Of a stretch of DNA of 64,000 nt, positions 9,561 through 20,141 are shown piece after piece (the stretch's first letter is position 1; every line of letters starts with the position of its first letter). The stretch spans positions 6,016,001 through 6,080,000 of the forward strand of contig OY761556.1 in the NCBI GenBank assembly GCA_963664705.1, read 5' to 3'. The notes beneath the pieces were generated by a model. That model saw only the letters and a list, made by a program, of their open reading frames with translations, did not search any database and was not told the origin of the DNA. The position numbers and the translations under genes are program-made. The DNA comes from Acidobacteriota bacterium. Its GTDB lineage: Bacteria; Acidobacteriota; UBA6911.

Positions 9561-9887
9561 ATGACATACAACAGGCGTCAGCTTTTGAAGGAACTTGATG
9601 TGCTTGTCTCCACAACTCCGCGAATCAGGCTATCTGAGATCGCGCGTACCCTTGGCGTGGACCGGCATACCATCGAAAACGCGATGCGTTCCAGCAGAAG
9701 CATCTCGTTTCGCGAATACAAGCGCAACGAGCTATTGCAGATGGCAAAAGCAATGCTCGATCAGCCCAATGTATCGGTCAAGGAAGTAGGGATAAAGTTG
9801 GGCTATTCGTCGGCGGCGTCGTTTTCCCGTTTCGTACAGAAGTCGACAGGCAAGAGTCCGAGTCAGCTTCGGAAGGAAATGGTCTAG
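9561..9887 (+). CDS. Small AraC-family HTH regulator (DNA-binding domain only)
   Basis: LSEIARTLGV and SVKEVGIKLGYSSAASFSRFVQKSTGKSPSQLRK AraC signature; 108 aa. Confidence 0.88.
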   Translation: MTYNRRQLLKELDVLVSTTPRIRLSEIARTLGVDRHTIENAMRSSRSISFREYKRNELLQMAKAMLDQPNVSVKEVGIKLGYSSAASFSRFVQKSTGKSPSQLRKEMV

Positions 9888-10111
9888 ACGGAAATCCGGT
9901 GGGACATCAGTTTGAGATAGGAAATAGGATCTTATATCTCAAATCGTCCGGTGCCGTTGCATAACTCTACGTGTATTTTGCCTTTTCCTAATCCCCCCTA
10001 TTTCTGATTTTCCCAGTCCTGGAATCCGTCTGCCTGGATCGTCCGTGTTATTCGTTTGTGCAAATAACCCCTAAAGTTGTCCCAATGAATTACACATATG
10101 GCTAAATAAAA

Positions 10112-10482
10112 TGAAAAGTACGCCATATATACAATGGAATTAGCCAATAAGGTAAGCCTTTGAAGTTGCTTCATCGGAGAGCGAAGTGATCTACTAATGG
10201 CCATTAGAGTTTAGGTGTATTGCGCTTCAGGGATGGATGGATTGTGTATCGACAATCCATCGCAGTCATCCGGGATGGGTGTTGATTTAACAGTCATAAC
10301 GGGGATTCCATTTTTTGTTTTTTTCGCGGCCCGGACTGGTACCTCGAACCGAACAGTGCGGATGGTTCGGCTGTCTTCTGGCGAGGAAGGGTTGCGGACA
10401 TTCGTTCTCATCGAAGGTGGATACATTTTGACTCTGGAAACGGAAGCTTTTTCGTAGTTTTACTTTTCAGGAGGAAGCATAG
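10112..10482 (+). promoter_or_regulatory. Conserved upstream leader of TBDR-1 (homologous to 15043-15406)
   Basis: Collinear shared blocks including an identical 19-mer ATAACGGGGATTCCATTTT (10296-10314). Confidence 0.6.
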
Positions 10483-13400
10483 ATGAGGAGATTTTTACTG
10501 GTAGCGATCCTTTTGGTGCTCGCTTCGGCTCCGGCTTTCAGCCAGTCGAATGCAACACTATATGGTGTCGTTGCCGACGCAACGCAGGCCGTATTGCCCG
10601 GAGTCACCGTCAAGGCGACGAATCTGGAAACGGGCATTGCGAAAACTGCGGTTACAAATGCAGCCGGCGTATACAACTTTGCGGGCATGCAGGTTGGCTC
10701 GTACGACGTTATGGCGGAGTTTACGGGTTTCCAGACCCAGACCTTCAAAGCCGTGAAACTGGGCAACAATGCTCAAGTCCGGTTGAATTTCTCGCTGGAA
10801 ATCAAAAAGCTGGAGCAGCAGGTCGAAGTCAACATCCAAGCCGATAATCTGACTTTGGATACGAGCGCTTCTTCCGGCTCCAAGCTGGACGAGAAGAAGG
10901 TTTCGGAACTCCCGGTCGTCAACAGCAACGTACTCAGCCTGATCAAGGTTATGGGTGGCGTCACCCTGACCGAGAGTCCGATTTTCGGAGCTGACGACAC
11001 ACAGTTTGCAGGCGTCAGCGCGGCTAACGTCAACCTGACCCGTGATGGCGTTACGGCGAATGACGTACGGTACAACACCGGATTGAACTCGCCCGTATAT
11101 CTGAACCCTGAAATGGTCGGCGAATTCAAGATGGTGCTGGCACCGGTCGATGCCGAGATGGGACGCGGCAATGGCCAGGTGTCGGTTGTAACCCGTTCGG
11201 GCGGCAATGCCTATCATGGCAGCCTCGTATGGAACAACCAGAACACCTTCCTCGATGCGAACGAATGGTATGAAAACAAAATCGGACGCGAGCGAGACTG
11301 GCGCAATCAGAACGAATACACGCTCAGCATCGGCGGACCGATAATCAAGAACAAGACGTTCTTCTTTGCTTCGTGGGATCACCAGTTCTCCGCGATCCGG
11401 CAGAACAACGTCAACCAGCAGGTGCCGACACCCTGCGCCCGCAAGGGCATCTTCCGCTATCTTACAAATGTGAGCGGTGGAAATGTTTTGACCAATCCAT
11501 CCGGCGATGGATCGACCTACAACCCGTATGTAACCGCAACCGTGAATGCGGATGGTTCGCCCCGAACGGATGTTATCGTTCCCGGAACCACGGCCGCGGC
11601 GGCTCTGAACCAGATCAGCGTTTTCGGCGCTCTGCTGAAGACGCCCAAAACCAACGACTGCTCCGACGTCACCGTGGATTCAGCCACCGGTTGGCCGACA
11701 GCCGATTGGGTTAATTATTCCGCACCCTATGATCCGCTGCGCACTCCGGATGCCACAGGGTATTACAAGCGGTTCCTGCCGATCATTCCGACGCCGAACA
11801 ACTACCAGGTCGGAGATGGCTTGAACTTCGGCGGCTACCGCTATGTCCGTCATCTGGACGGCGGCGACAACATCTACGGATTGGGCGAAGGTCCGAACCG
11901 GAGACAGATCAATTTCCGTATCGATCACAACTTTAATGCGATGCACCGCATCAGCGGCACCTACAGCTATGAGAAAGACAACGGCGAAGACAGCTTCCCG
12001 ACGTTGCCCTCCAATAGCTGGGGCGGCGCGCTGCTGCGCAATCCGCAAAGCTTTGTTATCAACCTGGTGTCGACTGTTCGGCCGACCCTGCTCAATGAAG
12101 CGCGTATAGGTCTCACACGCACCCAATCCCATACCTATGATCCGTACTACAACCCTAAGAACGGTGATGCTCTGAAGAATAAACTTCAGGAGCTCTTCCC
12201 GACTACCTCCGGGGTACCGGTCGTCATAGGACTTGGCGGCGTCGGATCCTATCCGGCCACCAGCAACATGTTTGCCATTGCCGGCGGTGTCAACGTCTGG
12301 GGCAGCGGCCGAGGAAACTTTGCCTCTACCTGGGGCGGCCATGACCCACGCTGGTCCTATGCCGATACCGTTACCTGGACAAAAGGCCGACATGCAATGA
12401 GGTTCGGCGCGGAGCATCAGAGAACGCAGTCGTATCAGGAAATGAGCGGCACCCTTTCCTTCACCACCGGTGCCAGTGGAATTCCGGCCGTACGCGGCGG
12501 AGCTCCGGTATACAGCGGGTTTGGCGCCAATTCGGGCCTTCACAATCCGTTCTTCCTCACTCCTACACTGCCGGGAATGGCGGGCGGTATGTATTGGGGC
12601 AACGTGTTGGGCGGCGCCTATACGCTCATGAACACGCTGGCCGGAAACATTACCGATGTTGACCAGTATCGTTTTGTCAACTCTCCGACCGCCACGGCGT
12701 ACAATGATCCGAGCAAGGGCGAGTTGATGCGCATCACCGATTACCGCGCCAACACGTTCAGCTTCTTCATGCAGGATGACTGGCGGGTAACCGACAGTTT
12801 CACTTTGAACCTTGGGATGCGCTATGACTGGTACGGTGTTCCGTACCTCAAAGGCGGCATGACCGCAGGGATCAAGGGCGGGGCTCTCAATGTTTTCGGT
12901 CGTTCCGGAAACAGCTTCGCGGACTGGATGCAGCCCGGAACCATGAACAGCAATGGTACCGTTACCTACAAGGGAACCGATGCCGTGCTGGCCTTCATTG
13001 GACCGGATTCCCCGAATCCGAATGAACAGGTCTACAACGACGATTACAACAACTTCGGCCCGGTGTTCGGTTTCGCCTGGCAGCTCCCCTGGTTCGGCAA
13101 AGGCAAAACCACGATCCGCGGCGGCTATCAGTTGAGCTACATGCCCGGTGGAAGAGCGGCTTCCGCTGCCTTCTCCATGCCGAAGATCGAGTATGTGACA
13201 GACTATAAGCCCAATTCGGCAATGCCGTATATCAACCTTTCGAACCTGTCTCAGTTGCTGCCGGTTGTACCGACTCCTTCGTACATCAAGCCGGTGGCGG
13301 CGGATCCGGTGGCCCCGGTGGCGCAGCGCTCGCAGGCGGTTACGGTATTTGATCCGAACATGCGTACGCCGTATGTTGAAAACCTCAACCTGTCGATCAC

Positions 13401-14808
13401 GCGCAACATCACATCCAACCTAATCCTGGATGTTCGCTACATCGGCACGCTGCAGCGCAAGAACACCAGCACCATCGACCTCAATTCCGCGAACATCTGG
13501 AACAACGGGTTGAAGGAAGCTTTTGATACCGCACGTGCCGGCGGCGAATCTGCTTTGCTGGACAAGATGTTTGCCGGTATCAATATCGCCGGATCCAACA
13601 ACGCCTTTTTCAACGGCTATGGACCGGTGGGAACCGTGTATAACGGTGTCCAGCAGACCGGCGCGATGCACCTCCGCGCCTTCAGCGGGACCAATGCCAA
13701 TCTTGCCAACGGCAATTACATTGCCTTGGCCCAGACGCTGGCAACGATGAACTACGATACAACCATCGTCGGCAACTCCGGATTGCCTGCCATCGGCACT
13801 GACACCAATGGCGCCGTACTCCGGTACAACAAATTCCCCGAGAACTTCATCTACACCAGCCCGCAGTTTTCCAGCGTAAGCTGGACTGGAAACCACAACA
13901 ATTCCAATTACCATTCGCTGCAGGCCCAAGTTACGATGCGTCCGACCCACGGGTTCAATCTCCAGGCTACCTATACCTGGAGCAAAAACCTCGGAGCGTT
14001 GGCCTACACCGATCCGCGAAACAGGGCATTGGATTACGGTCCAAACGGCATGGACCGCAACCACGCGCTGGCAATCAACGGCGGATTCGAGTTGCCTTTC
14101 GGACCGGGCAGGTGGCTGCTGAACGGCAAAAACGGAGTCGTATCCCGTATAGCCGGTGGATGGCAGATGAGCTGGATCGGCAACGTTTCCAGCGGCAGGC
14201 CGTACAGCATTACCACGTCGAATACGACGCTGTATGGGGCGACGGCTCCAAACCGCATCGGAACGTTTGAGCCGGGCAACAAGGGGAGTATTGTTTGGCC
14301 GAACGGCGCTTCAACCGGTAATTTCTACGCGAAAGCGGATGGAACAGCCAAGTACTCGCTGGTAGCCGATCCGCAATGCCAGAACGTCACCACCGCTCAG
14401 AACCTTCAGGGTTCGTGCACGCTTTGGGCTTTCGCTGAGAACGGCGATGCGTCCAAGTTGGTATTCGTGAATCCGTATCCGACCCAGCGCGGCAACTTCG
14501 CTCAGAATTCTCTGAGACAGCCCGCCATCTGGAGCGCGGATATGGCGATGTCCAAATCCATCAGAATCACAGAGGGTAAAACTCTCCAGATCCGCATGGA
14601 TGCGACCAACATCTTCAACCATGCACAGCCTTCGGCCGGTGCATTCCAGTCGGGCGTGGTCAGAACCAGAGTACCGGGCGCTCCCGCGGCTACGATGGGC
14701 TCCTACTTTGATTTCACCGATTTTTCTTTTGCTCAAAGGCCCCTGGGCTATGTGAGTTCGAAAGTCGGTTCGCGTACATTCCAGGCGAAGGTTCGGTTGG
14801 ACTTCTAA
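10483..14808 (+). CDS. Oar-type TonB-dependent receptor with carboxypeptidase-regulatory-like N-domain (paralog 1)
   Basis: Signal peptide; GVVADATQAVLPGVTV, VTRSGGNAYHGS, GGPIIKNKTFFF, QDDWRV..FTLNLG.RYD; C-terminal RLDF; AGGAGG SD. Confidence 0.93.
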   Translation: MRRFLLVAILLVLASAPAFSQSNATLYGVVADATQAVLPGVTVKATNLETGIAKTAVTNAAGVYNFAGMQVGSYDVMAEFTGFQTQTFKAVKLGNNAQVRLNFSLEIKKLEQQVEVNIQADNLTLDTSASSGSKLDEKKVSELPVVNSNVLSLIKVMGGVTLTESPIFGADDTQFAGVSAANVNLTRDGVTANDVRYNTGLNSPVYLNPEMVGEFKMVLAPVDAEMGRGNGQVSVVTRSGGNAYHGSLVWNNQNTFLDANEWYENKIGRERDWRNQNEYTLSIGGPIIKNKTFFFASWDHQFSAIRQNNVNQQVPTPCARKGIFRYLTNVSGGNVLTNPSGDGSTYNPYVTATVNADGSPRTDVIVPGTTAAAALNQISVFGALLKTPKTNDCSDVTVDSATGWPTADWVNYSAPYDPLRTPDATGYYKRFLPIIPTPNNYQVGDGLNFGGYRYVRHLDGGDNIYGLGEGPNRRQINFRIDHNFNAMHRISGTYSYEKDNGEDSFPTLPSNSWGGALLRNPQSFVINLVSTVRPTLLNEARIGLTRTQSHTYDPYYNPKNGDALKNKLQELFPTTSGVPVVIGLGGVGSYPATSNMFAIAGGVNVWGSGRGNFASTWGGHDPRWSYADTVTWTKGRHAMRFGAEHQRTQSYQEMSGTLSFTTGASGIPAVRGGAPVYSGFGANSGLHNPFFLTPTLPGMAGGMYWGNVLGGAYTLMNTLAGNITDVDQYRFVNSPTATAYNDPSKGELMRITDYRANTFSFFMQDDWRVTDSFTLNLGMRYDWYGVPYLKGGMTAGIKGGALNVFGRSGNSFADWMQPGTMNSNGTVTYKGTDAVLAFIGPDSPNPNEQVYNDDYNNFGPVFGFAWQLPWFGKGKTTIRGGYQLSYMPGGRAASAAFSMPKIEYVTDYKPNSAMPYINLSNLSQLLPVVPTPSYIKPVAADPVAPVAQRSQAVTVFDPNMRTPYVENLNLSITRNITSNLILDVRYIGTLQRKNTSTIDLNSANIWNNGLKEAFDTARAGGESALLDKMFAGINIAGSNNAFFNGYGPVGTVYNGVQQTGAMHLRAFSGTNANLANGNYIALAQTLATMNYDTTIVGNSGLPAIGTDTNGAVLRYNKFPENFIYTSPQFSSVSWTGNHNNSNYHSLQAQVTMRPTHGFNLQATYTWSKNLGALAYTDPRNRALDYGPNGMDRNHALAINGGFELPFGPGRWLLNGKNGVVSRIAGGWQMSWIGNVSSGRPYSITTSNTTLYGATAPNRIGTFEPGNKGSIVWPNGASTGNFYAKADGTAKYSLVADPQCQNVTTAQNLQGSCTLWAFAENGDASKLVFVNPYPTQRGNFAQNSLRQPAIWSADMAMSKSIRITEGKTLQIRMDATNIFNHAQPSAGAFQSGVVRTRVPGAPAATMGSYFDFTDFSFAQRPLGYVSSKVGSRTFQAKVRLDF

Positions 14809-14836
14809 TCGCAACCTGAAACCTGTGTAGTACCGG

Positions 14837-14879
14837 ACTCCCCTGTGCAGTCGGAAGGCTGTGCAGGGGAGCCCTTTTT
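14837..14879 (+). terminator. Rho-independent terminator of TBDR-1
   Basis: CTCCCCTG...CAGGGGAG stem followed by CCCTTTTT. Confidence 0.8.
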
Positions 14880-14934
14880 AATGACGAATGACGAATGACG
14901 AATGACGAATTACGAATGACGAATTACGAATAAC
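14880..14934. repeat. Heptamer tandem array (AATGACG/AATTACG) x ~8
   Basis: Seven full units plus a partial one directly after the terminator. Confidence 0.92.
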
Positions 14935-15042
14935 CCGCCAGGAAGTCGTTCTCCTTCTCAATACCTCAAATCAATCATCCTATTTTGGCCAAAATGATAA
15001 TGATGAAATGGACCGGGAAATAGCAGATGTGGCCGGGAAATT

Positions 15043-15406
15043 TGAAAATTGCGCCATAAAGAGAATGTTATTAGCCATTATGGTAACTGAATGCAGTTGC
15101 GTCATTGTAAGGCCCAATGGTCTACTAGGGCCATTCAGGGTTGAATGTATTTCTCTTCATGGATGGGGAGCGGCCTGGCTAGTGGCTGAAATACCCATGA
15201 CCTGGATGAGTGTTTGAAGCAACATCAATAATAACGGGGATTCCATTTTAGTTTTGCAGCACGACTGCTGAGGTTCAGAGGCAGGTGGTGGTGTCGTTAT
15301 TTGCCTTTGACGAAAGTGTCGGCTGCGAGCACTCATCTATACAGAGGAAGAATCCATTCATCTTAGGAACGGAAAGCTTTCGAGTGATCCATACTCAGGA
15401 GGAAAT
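15043..15406 (+). promoter_or_regulatory. Conserved upstream leader of TBDR-2 (homologous to 10112-10482)
   Basis: Shared blocks TTAGCCAnTAnGGTAA, TCTACTAnnGGCCATT, ATAACGGGGATTCCATTTT (15231-15249), CAGGAGGAA. Confidence 0.6.
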
Positions 15407-18400
15407 ATGAGGAGATTATTACTGGTAGCGATTCTCTTGGCGCTCGTTTCGGCCCCGGCCTTCAGCCAGTCGAACGCAACGCTGTACGGGATCGTTGCCG
15501 ATGCAACGCAGGCAGTGCTGCCCGGCGTCACCGTGAAGGCGACGGATCTCGATACGGGCATCGTGAAAACTGCGGTCACCAATGCTGCCGGCGTTTACAA
15601 CTTTGCGGGCATGCAGGTTGGCTCGTACGATGTTTCGGCGGAGTTTACCGGTTTCCAGACCCAGACCTTCAAGTCTGTGAAACTGGGCAACAGTGCCCAG
15701 GTCCGGTTGAACTTCAGCCTTGAGATCAAAAAACTCGAACAGTCGGTTGAGGTAAATATTCAGGCGGATAATCTGGTTTTGGATACCGGCGCATCATCCG
15801 GATCAAAGCTGGATGAAAAGAAGGTGGCGGAGTTGCCGGTTGTAAACAGCAACGTGCTCAGCCTTATCAAGGTCATGGGCGGCGTCACAATGTCGGAAAA
15901 CCCGATCTTCGGTGCTGACGACACGCAGTTTGCCGGCATCAGCGCATCGAACATCAACCTGACGCGCGATGGTGTTTCAGCCAACGACGTTCGTTGGGCA
16001 ACGGGACTCAATTCCCCCGTGTACCTGAATCCCGAAATGGTCGGCGAATTTAAGATGGTTCTCGCCCCGGTCGATGCGGAAATGGGACGCGGCAATGGCC
16101 AGGTATCGGTTGTGACGCGGTCGGGCGGAAACGCCTACCACGGCAGCGCGGTCTGGAACAACCAAAACACCGCGCTCGATGCCAACCAGTTCGTGGATAA
16201 CAGAACAGGCCGTGTTCGTGATTGGCGCAACCAGAACGAATACACCATCAGCATCGGCGGACCGATCATCAAGAATAAAACGTTCTTCTTCGCATCTTGG
16301 GATCAGCAGTTCTCCATCATGAAACAGAACAGCACCGCCAACAACCTGTCCCCGACTCCGTGCGCCCGATTGGGGATCTGGCGTTATATGAGCAATATAA
16401 ATGGCACGAACATTACAGCGAATCCTGGCGGGACTGGAACGGTGCAAAGCCCGTATACCTCTCCGGTCACTGATGCCCAGGGCGTGCCTTTGACGACAAT
16501 CAATCTGCCGGGCGGCGCGACGATGCCGGGAACACTCAATTACATCAGTGTTTTCGGTAAACTGCTGAAGACTCCCCAGACGAACGACTGCTCGGATGTT
16601 GCGGTTGATTCCGCCACCGGGCTGCCCACCTCTGCCTGGGTCAACTACGGCGCTCCTTATGATCCTCTTCGGACGCCGGATGCCTCTGGGTACTTGAAGA
16701 GGTTTATGCCTTTGATCCCGAAACCGAACAATTACCTTATCGGCGATGGATTAAACTGGGGTGGATTCACATATGTTCGTAGGCTGAGCGGTGCGGATAA
16801 TGTTTACGGAATCGGCGAAGGACCGAACCGGAAACAGATCAACTTCCGTATCGACCACAACTTCAGCTCGAAGCACCGGATCAGCGGCACCTACAGCTAT
16901 GAAAAAGACAAAGCGATGGACGCGTTCGCATCCATGCCCACAAACAGCTGGGGAGGAGCCGTACTCCGAAGTCCGCAAAATTTTTCAGTTAACGTTACAT
17001 CGACGTTAAGACCAACACTGCTCAATGAAGTTCGCGTCGGGTTGACCCGTACGCAATCGAGCACCTATGACCCCTACTACAATCCTGAAAACGGCGATCA
17101 GCTGAAAAACAAGCTGCTCGAGCTGTATCCCAATGCCGCCAATCTACCAATCCTGGTCTCCATAGGCAACTTTGGCCTCGGGACCGGAAACGGTGCGACC
17201 AATGGTATGCACGTGTATGGCACCGGTCGTGGAAACCAGGCTGCGACCTGGGGCGGATATGATCCGCGCTGGGTGTATGCGGATACTCTGACCTGGACCC
17301 GCGGCAGACACTCCATGAAGTATGGAGCGGAGATGCAGCGAGTGCAGTCATTCCAGAATCAGCGGGGCGGAATTTCATTCACCACCGGTATGTGGTCGTA
17401 TCCGACTTTATACGGCGGCGCGTATGTTGCCCCGAGCGCCAGCGCCTTCGGAGCCAATTCCGGTCTTTCCGATGCAGCCGGCAACGCGAATTATACTGCG
17501 ATGCCGAACGTAGCGGGAAGTGCCACCTATGGAGCTGTGGTAACCGGTGCGTATCAATTGATGAACACGCTGGCGGGCAATATTACGACTGTCAACCAGT
17601 GGAGATTCGTGAACTCGCCGACGGCGACGACTTATAACGATATCTCCAAGGGCGAGGACATGCGATTCAGCGATGTCCGTGCCAACCAGATCAGCTTCTT
17701 CTTCCAGGATGACTGGAGAGTTACGGACAGCTTCACTCTTAACCTCGGTCTCCGCTACGACTGGTATGGCGTGCCGTACCTCAAAGGCGGTATGACGAAC
17801 GGAATCAAAGGAGGCGCCCTGGCTGCCTTCGGACGTTCCGGATCGAGTTTCGACGACTGGATGAAGCCCGGAACCATGAATGCGGACGGCTCCGTAACCT
17901 ACAAGGGAAAAGACGCCGAACTGGCCTTCATCGGACCGGATTCCCCGAATCCTGATCAGCAGCTTTACAATGACGACTGGAACAACTTCGGTCCCGTGTT
18001 TGGATTTTCGTGGCAGGTGCCGTGGTTCGGAAAAGGGAAAACCACTCTTCGCGGCGGCTATCAGATGAGCTACATGCCTCCGGGAAGACTGGCCGCGGCT
18101 ACAGTCAGCGCGCCAAAAATCGAATCCACGATTACCTACTCTCCGAATGCAAATATGCCGTACATTAATCTGAGTAATGTTTCTCAGATTAGTCCCACCT
18201 GGCCGATTCTGACGGTGACGGCCGGCGTTAAGCCGGTTGCCGCTGATCCGGTTTTCCCCGTTACTCAGCGGACACTGGGGATTACGGTGTATGATCCGAG
18301 CATCGTTGTTCCATATGTTCACAACCTGAACATGTCCATTACGCGCAACATCACTCCAAACATCATGCTGGATATCCGCTACATTGGAACCTTGCAGCGG

Positions 18401-19777
18401 AAGGGACAGTCGGGAGTCAACCTCAACGCCGCCAATATCTGGAATAACGGATTGAAGGAAGCTTTCGACGCGGCGCGAGCCGGCGGCGAATCAGCGTTGC
18501 TGGACAAGATTTTCAAGGGCATCAATATCGCCAATTCTGGATCCGCAAACGCGCCAGTCGGCACGTACAATTCGGCTGGTGTGTACCAAACAGGTGCGAT
18601 GCATTTGCGCGCTTCCAGTTCTTTCTATGCCAACCTTGCCAACGGCAACTACATTGGTCTTGCCAATACGCTGGCAACGTTGAACTACAACACCACCCGG
18701 CCAGGCAATTCCGGTCTGCCGGCTATCGATACCAACGCCGTGACTGGATCGGTTCTTCGTTATAACAACTTCCCCGAGAACTTCATCTACACCAGTCCGC
18801 AGTTCTCGAGTGTAACGTTGAATGGGAACAACACCCATTCCAACTACCACTCCCTGCAGACGCAGGTCACGATCCGGCCGACCCATGGCTTCAACCTCCA
18901 GGCGACACATACCTGGGCGAAGAACCTTGGGAATTTGGCTGTAACCGATCCTCGAAACAGAGCGCTCGATTATGGTCCGAACGGGCAGGATCGCCCGCAT
19001 GCGTTTACCGTCAACGGTGCTTTCGAGCTTCCGTTTGGGCCGGGACGCTGGCTGCTGAACGGCAAAAACGGGATCATTTCCCGCATTGCCGGTGGCTGGC
19101 AGATGAGCTGGATCGGCAACATTTATGCCGGCAACCCGTTCACGCTGACGGCTTCGACTACCCAGTTGTATGGCGCCGCGGTGCCGAACCAGGTCGGCGA
19201 GTTCGACCGCAATTCAGGCAAAGTTGTCTGGCCGAAGGGTTCCTACAGCGGCAGCTATTTCTTTGATGAAAAAACGCAGGCGGCGAAATATACGCTTGTG
19301 AAGGATCCCCAGTGCAGCAACGTTACAACGGCACAGGGCCTGAATAATCAATGTACGTTGTATTCGTTCGTTGATGCCAGCACCCTGGTCAATGGTGCGG
19401 CCACAGCGGATACCAAGTACATCTTTGTCAACCCGTACCCGGGAGAGCGCGGCAATTTCCAGCAGAACTCGCTGAGACGGCCGGGCACCTGGAGTGCGGA
19501 TATGGCGATGAGCAAATCCATCCGGATCACTGAAGGCAAAACCCTGCAGATCCGCATGGATGGCACGAACATCTTCAACCACGCGAACCCCTCCGGCTCT
19601 TCTGCAGCCTCCGGTGTGAGCGGTCGTATTTTTGTTCCAAGTGCTCCGGCTGCCGTGATGGGCAATTACACAGGAACCGGGGAGACTATTTTTACAGCTT
19701 CACGCCGCCCCTTGGGTTATGTTGATTCCAAAGTCGGCGCCCGTACGTTCCAAGTCAAGATGCGACTCGATTTCTAA
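15407..19777 (+). CDS. Oar-type TonB-dependent receptor (paralog 2)
   Basis: Same architecture as 10483-14808; first ~290 aa nearly identical; C-terminal RLDF. Confidence 0.93.
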   Translation: MRRLLLVAILLALVSAPAFSQSNATLYGIVADATQAVLPGVTVKATDLDTGIVKTAVTNAAGVYNFAGMQVGSYDVSAEFTGFQTQTFKSVKLGNSAQVRLNFSLEIKKLEQSVEVNIQADNLVLDTGASSGSKLDEKKVAELPVVNSNVLSLIKVMGGVTMSENPIFGADDTQFAGISASNINLTRDGVSANDVRWATGLNSPVYLNPEMVGEFKMVLAPVDAEMGRGNGQVSVVTRSGGNAYHGSAVWNNQNTALDANQFVDNRTGRVRDWRNQNEYTISIGGPIIKNKTFFFASWDQQFSIMKQNSTANNLSPTPCARLGIWRYMSNINGTNITANPGGTGTVQSPYTSPVTDAQGVPLTTINLPGGATMPGTLNYISVFGKLLKTPQTNDCSDVAVDSATGLPTSAWVNYGAPYDPLRTPDASGYLKRFMPLIPKPNNYLIGDGLNWGGFTYVRRLSGADNVYGIGEGPNRKQINFRIDHNFSSKHRISGTYSYEKDKAMDAFASMPTNSWGGAVLRSPQNFSVNVTSTLRPTLLNEVRVGLTRTQSSTYDPYYNPENGDQLKNKLLELYPNAANLPILVSIGNFGLGTGNGATNGMHVYGTGRGNQAATWGGYDPRWVYADTLTWTRGRHSMKYGAEMQRVQSFQNQRGGISFTTGMWSYPTLYGGAYVAPSASAFGANSGLSDAAGNANYTAMPNVAGSATYGAVVTGAYQLMNTLAGNITTVNQWRFVNSPTATTYNDISKGEDMRFSDVRANQISFFFQDDWRVTDSFTLNLGLRYDWYGVPYLKGGMTNGIKGGALAAFGRSGSSFDDWMKPGTMNADGSVTYKGKDAELAFIGPDSPNPDQQLYNDDWNNFGPVFGFSWQVPWFGKGKTTLRGGYQMSYMPPGRLAAATVSAPKIESTITYSPNANMPYINLSNVSQISPTWPILTVTAGVKPVAADPVFPVTQRTLGITVYDPSIVVPYVHNLNMSITRNITPNIMLDIRYIGTLQRKGQSGVNLNAANIWNNGLKEAFDAARAGGESALLDKIFKGINIANSGSANAPVGTYNSAGVYQTGAMHLRASSSFYANLANGNYIGLANTLATLNYNTTRPGNSGLPAIDTNAVTGSVLRYNNFPENFIYTSPQFSSVTLNGNNTHSNYHSLQTQVTIRPTHGFNLQATHTWAKNLGNLAVTDPRNRALDYGPNGQDRPHAFTVNGAFELPFGPGRWLLNGKNGIISRIAGGWQMSWIGNIYAGNPFTLTASTTQLYGAAVPNQVGEFDRNSGKVVWPKGSYSGSYFFDEKTQAAKYTLVKDPQCSNVTTAQGLNNQCTLYSFVDASTLVNGAATADTKYIFVNPYPGERGNFQQNSLRRPGTWSADMAMSKSIRITEGKTLQIRMDGTNIFNHANPSGSSAASGVSGRIFVPSAPAAVMGNYTGTGETIFTASRRPLGYVDSKVGARTFQVKMRLDF

Positions 19778-19800
19778 TTGGATCTAGTCCTGACTTACTG

Positions 19801-19844
19801 AACTCCCCTGCGCGGCCGCGAGGCTGTGCAGGGGAGTTTTTTTT
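19801..19844 (+). terminator. Rho-independent terminator of TBDR-2
   Basis: AACTCCCCTG...CAGGGGAGTT followed by a T-run; homologous to 14837-14879. Confidence 0.85.
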
Positions 19845-19871
19845 GTTTACTGGTGTGCCGCATGTTATTTG

Positions 19872-19976
19872 CAGAATTTCAGATTCCAGATTTCAGATTT
19901 CAGACCAAGACCGGGGAGGACTCTGGGAGTGCCGCTGTTCCGGCTAAGGCTGCATATCATATGCTCTAACCCCTGG
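19872..19976. repeat. ~100-bp dispersed repeat, copy 1 (CAGATTT heptamers + CTGGGAGTGCCGC core, ends CCCTGG)
   Basis: 39 bp (19880-19918) identical to 39551-39589; remainder similar up to CCCTGG. Confidence 0.85.
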
Positions 19977-20141
19977 TAAAGATAAGCGCGAGAAAGATCT
20001 GAAAGGGCGAAAGATGAGTGGTGTTAGGAGGAGATTCAGAAGGGAAGTTTCGTGTGAATTCGTGGAATTCGTGGCGGGAACACAGCCGGATTGCGGACCG
20101 CGGCATTCAATCCGCAGTCCGCAATCATGAGATCTCAATTA

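Noticed and set aside
14880-14934. CRISPR array
   Set aside because: 7-bp tandem units with no spacers and no cas genes; none of the other repeats are regularly interspaced.
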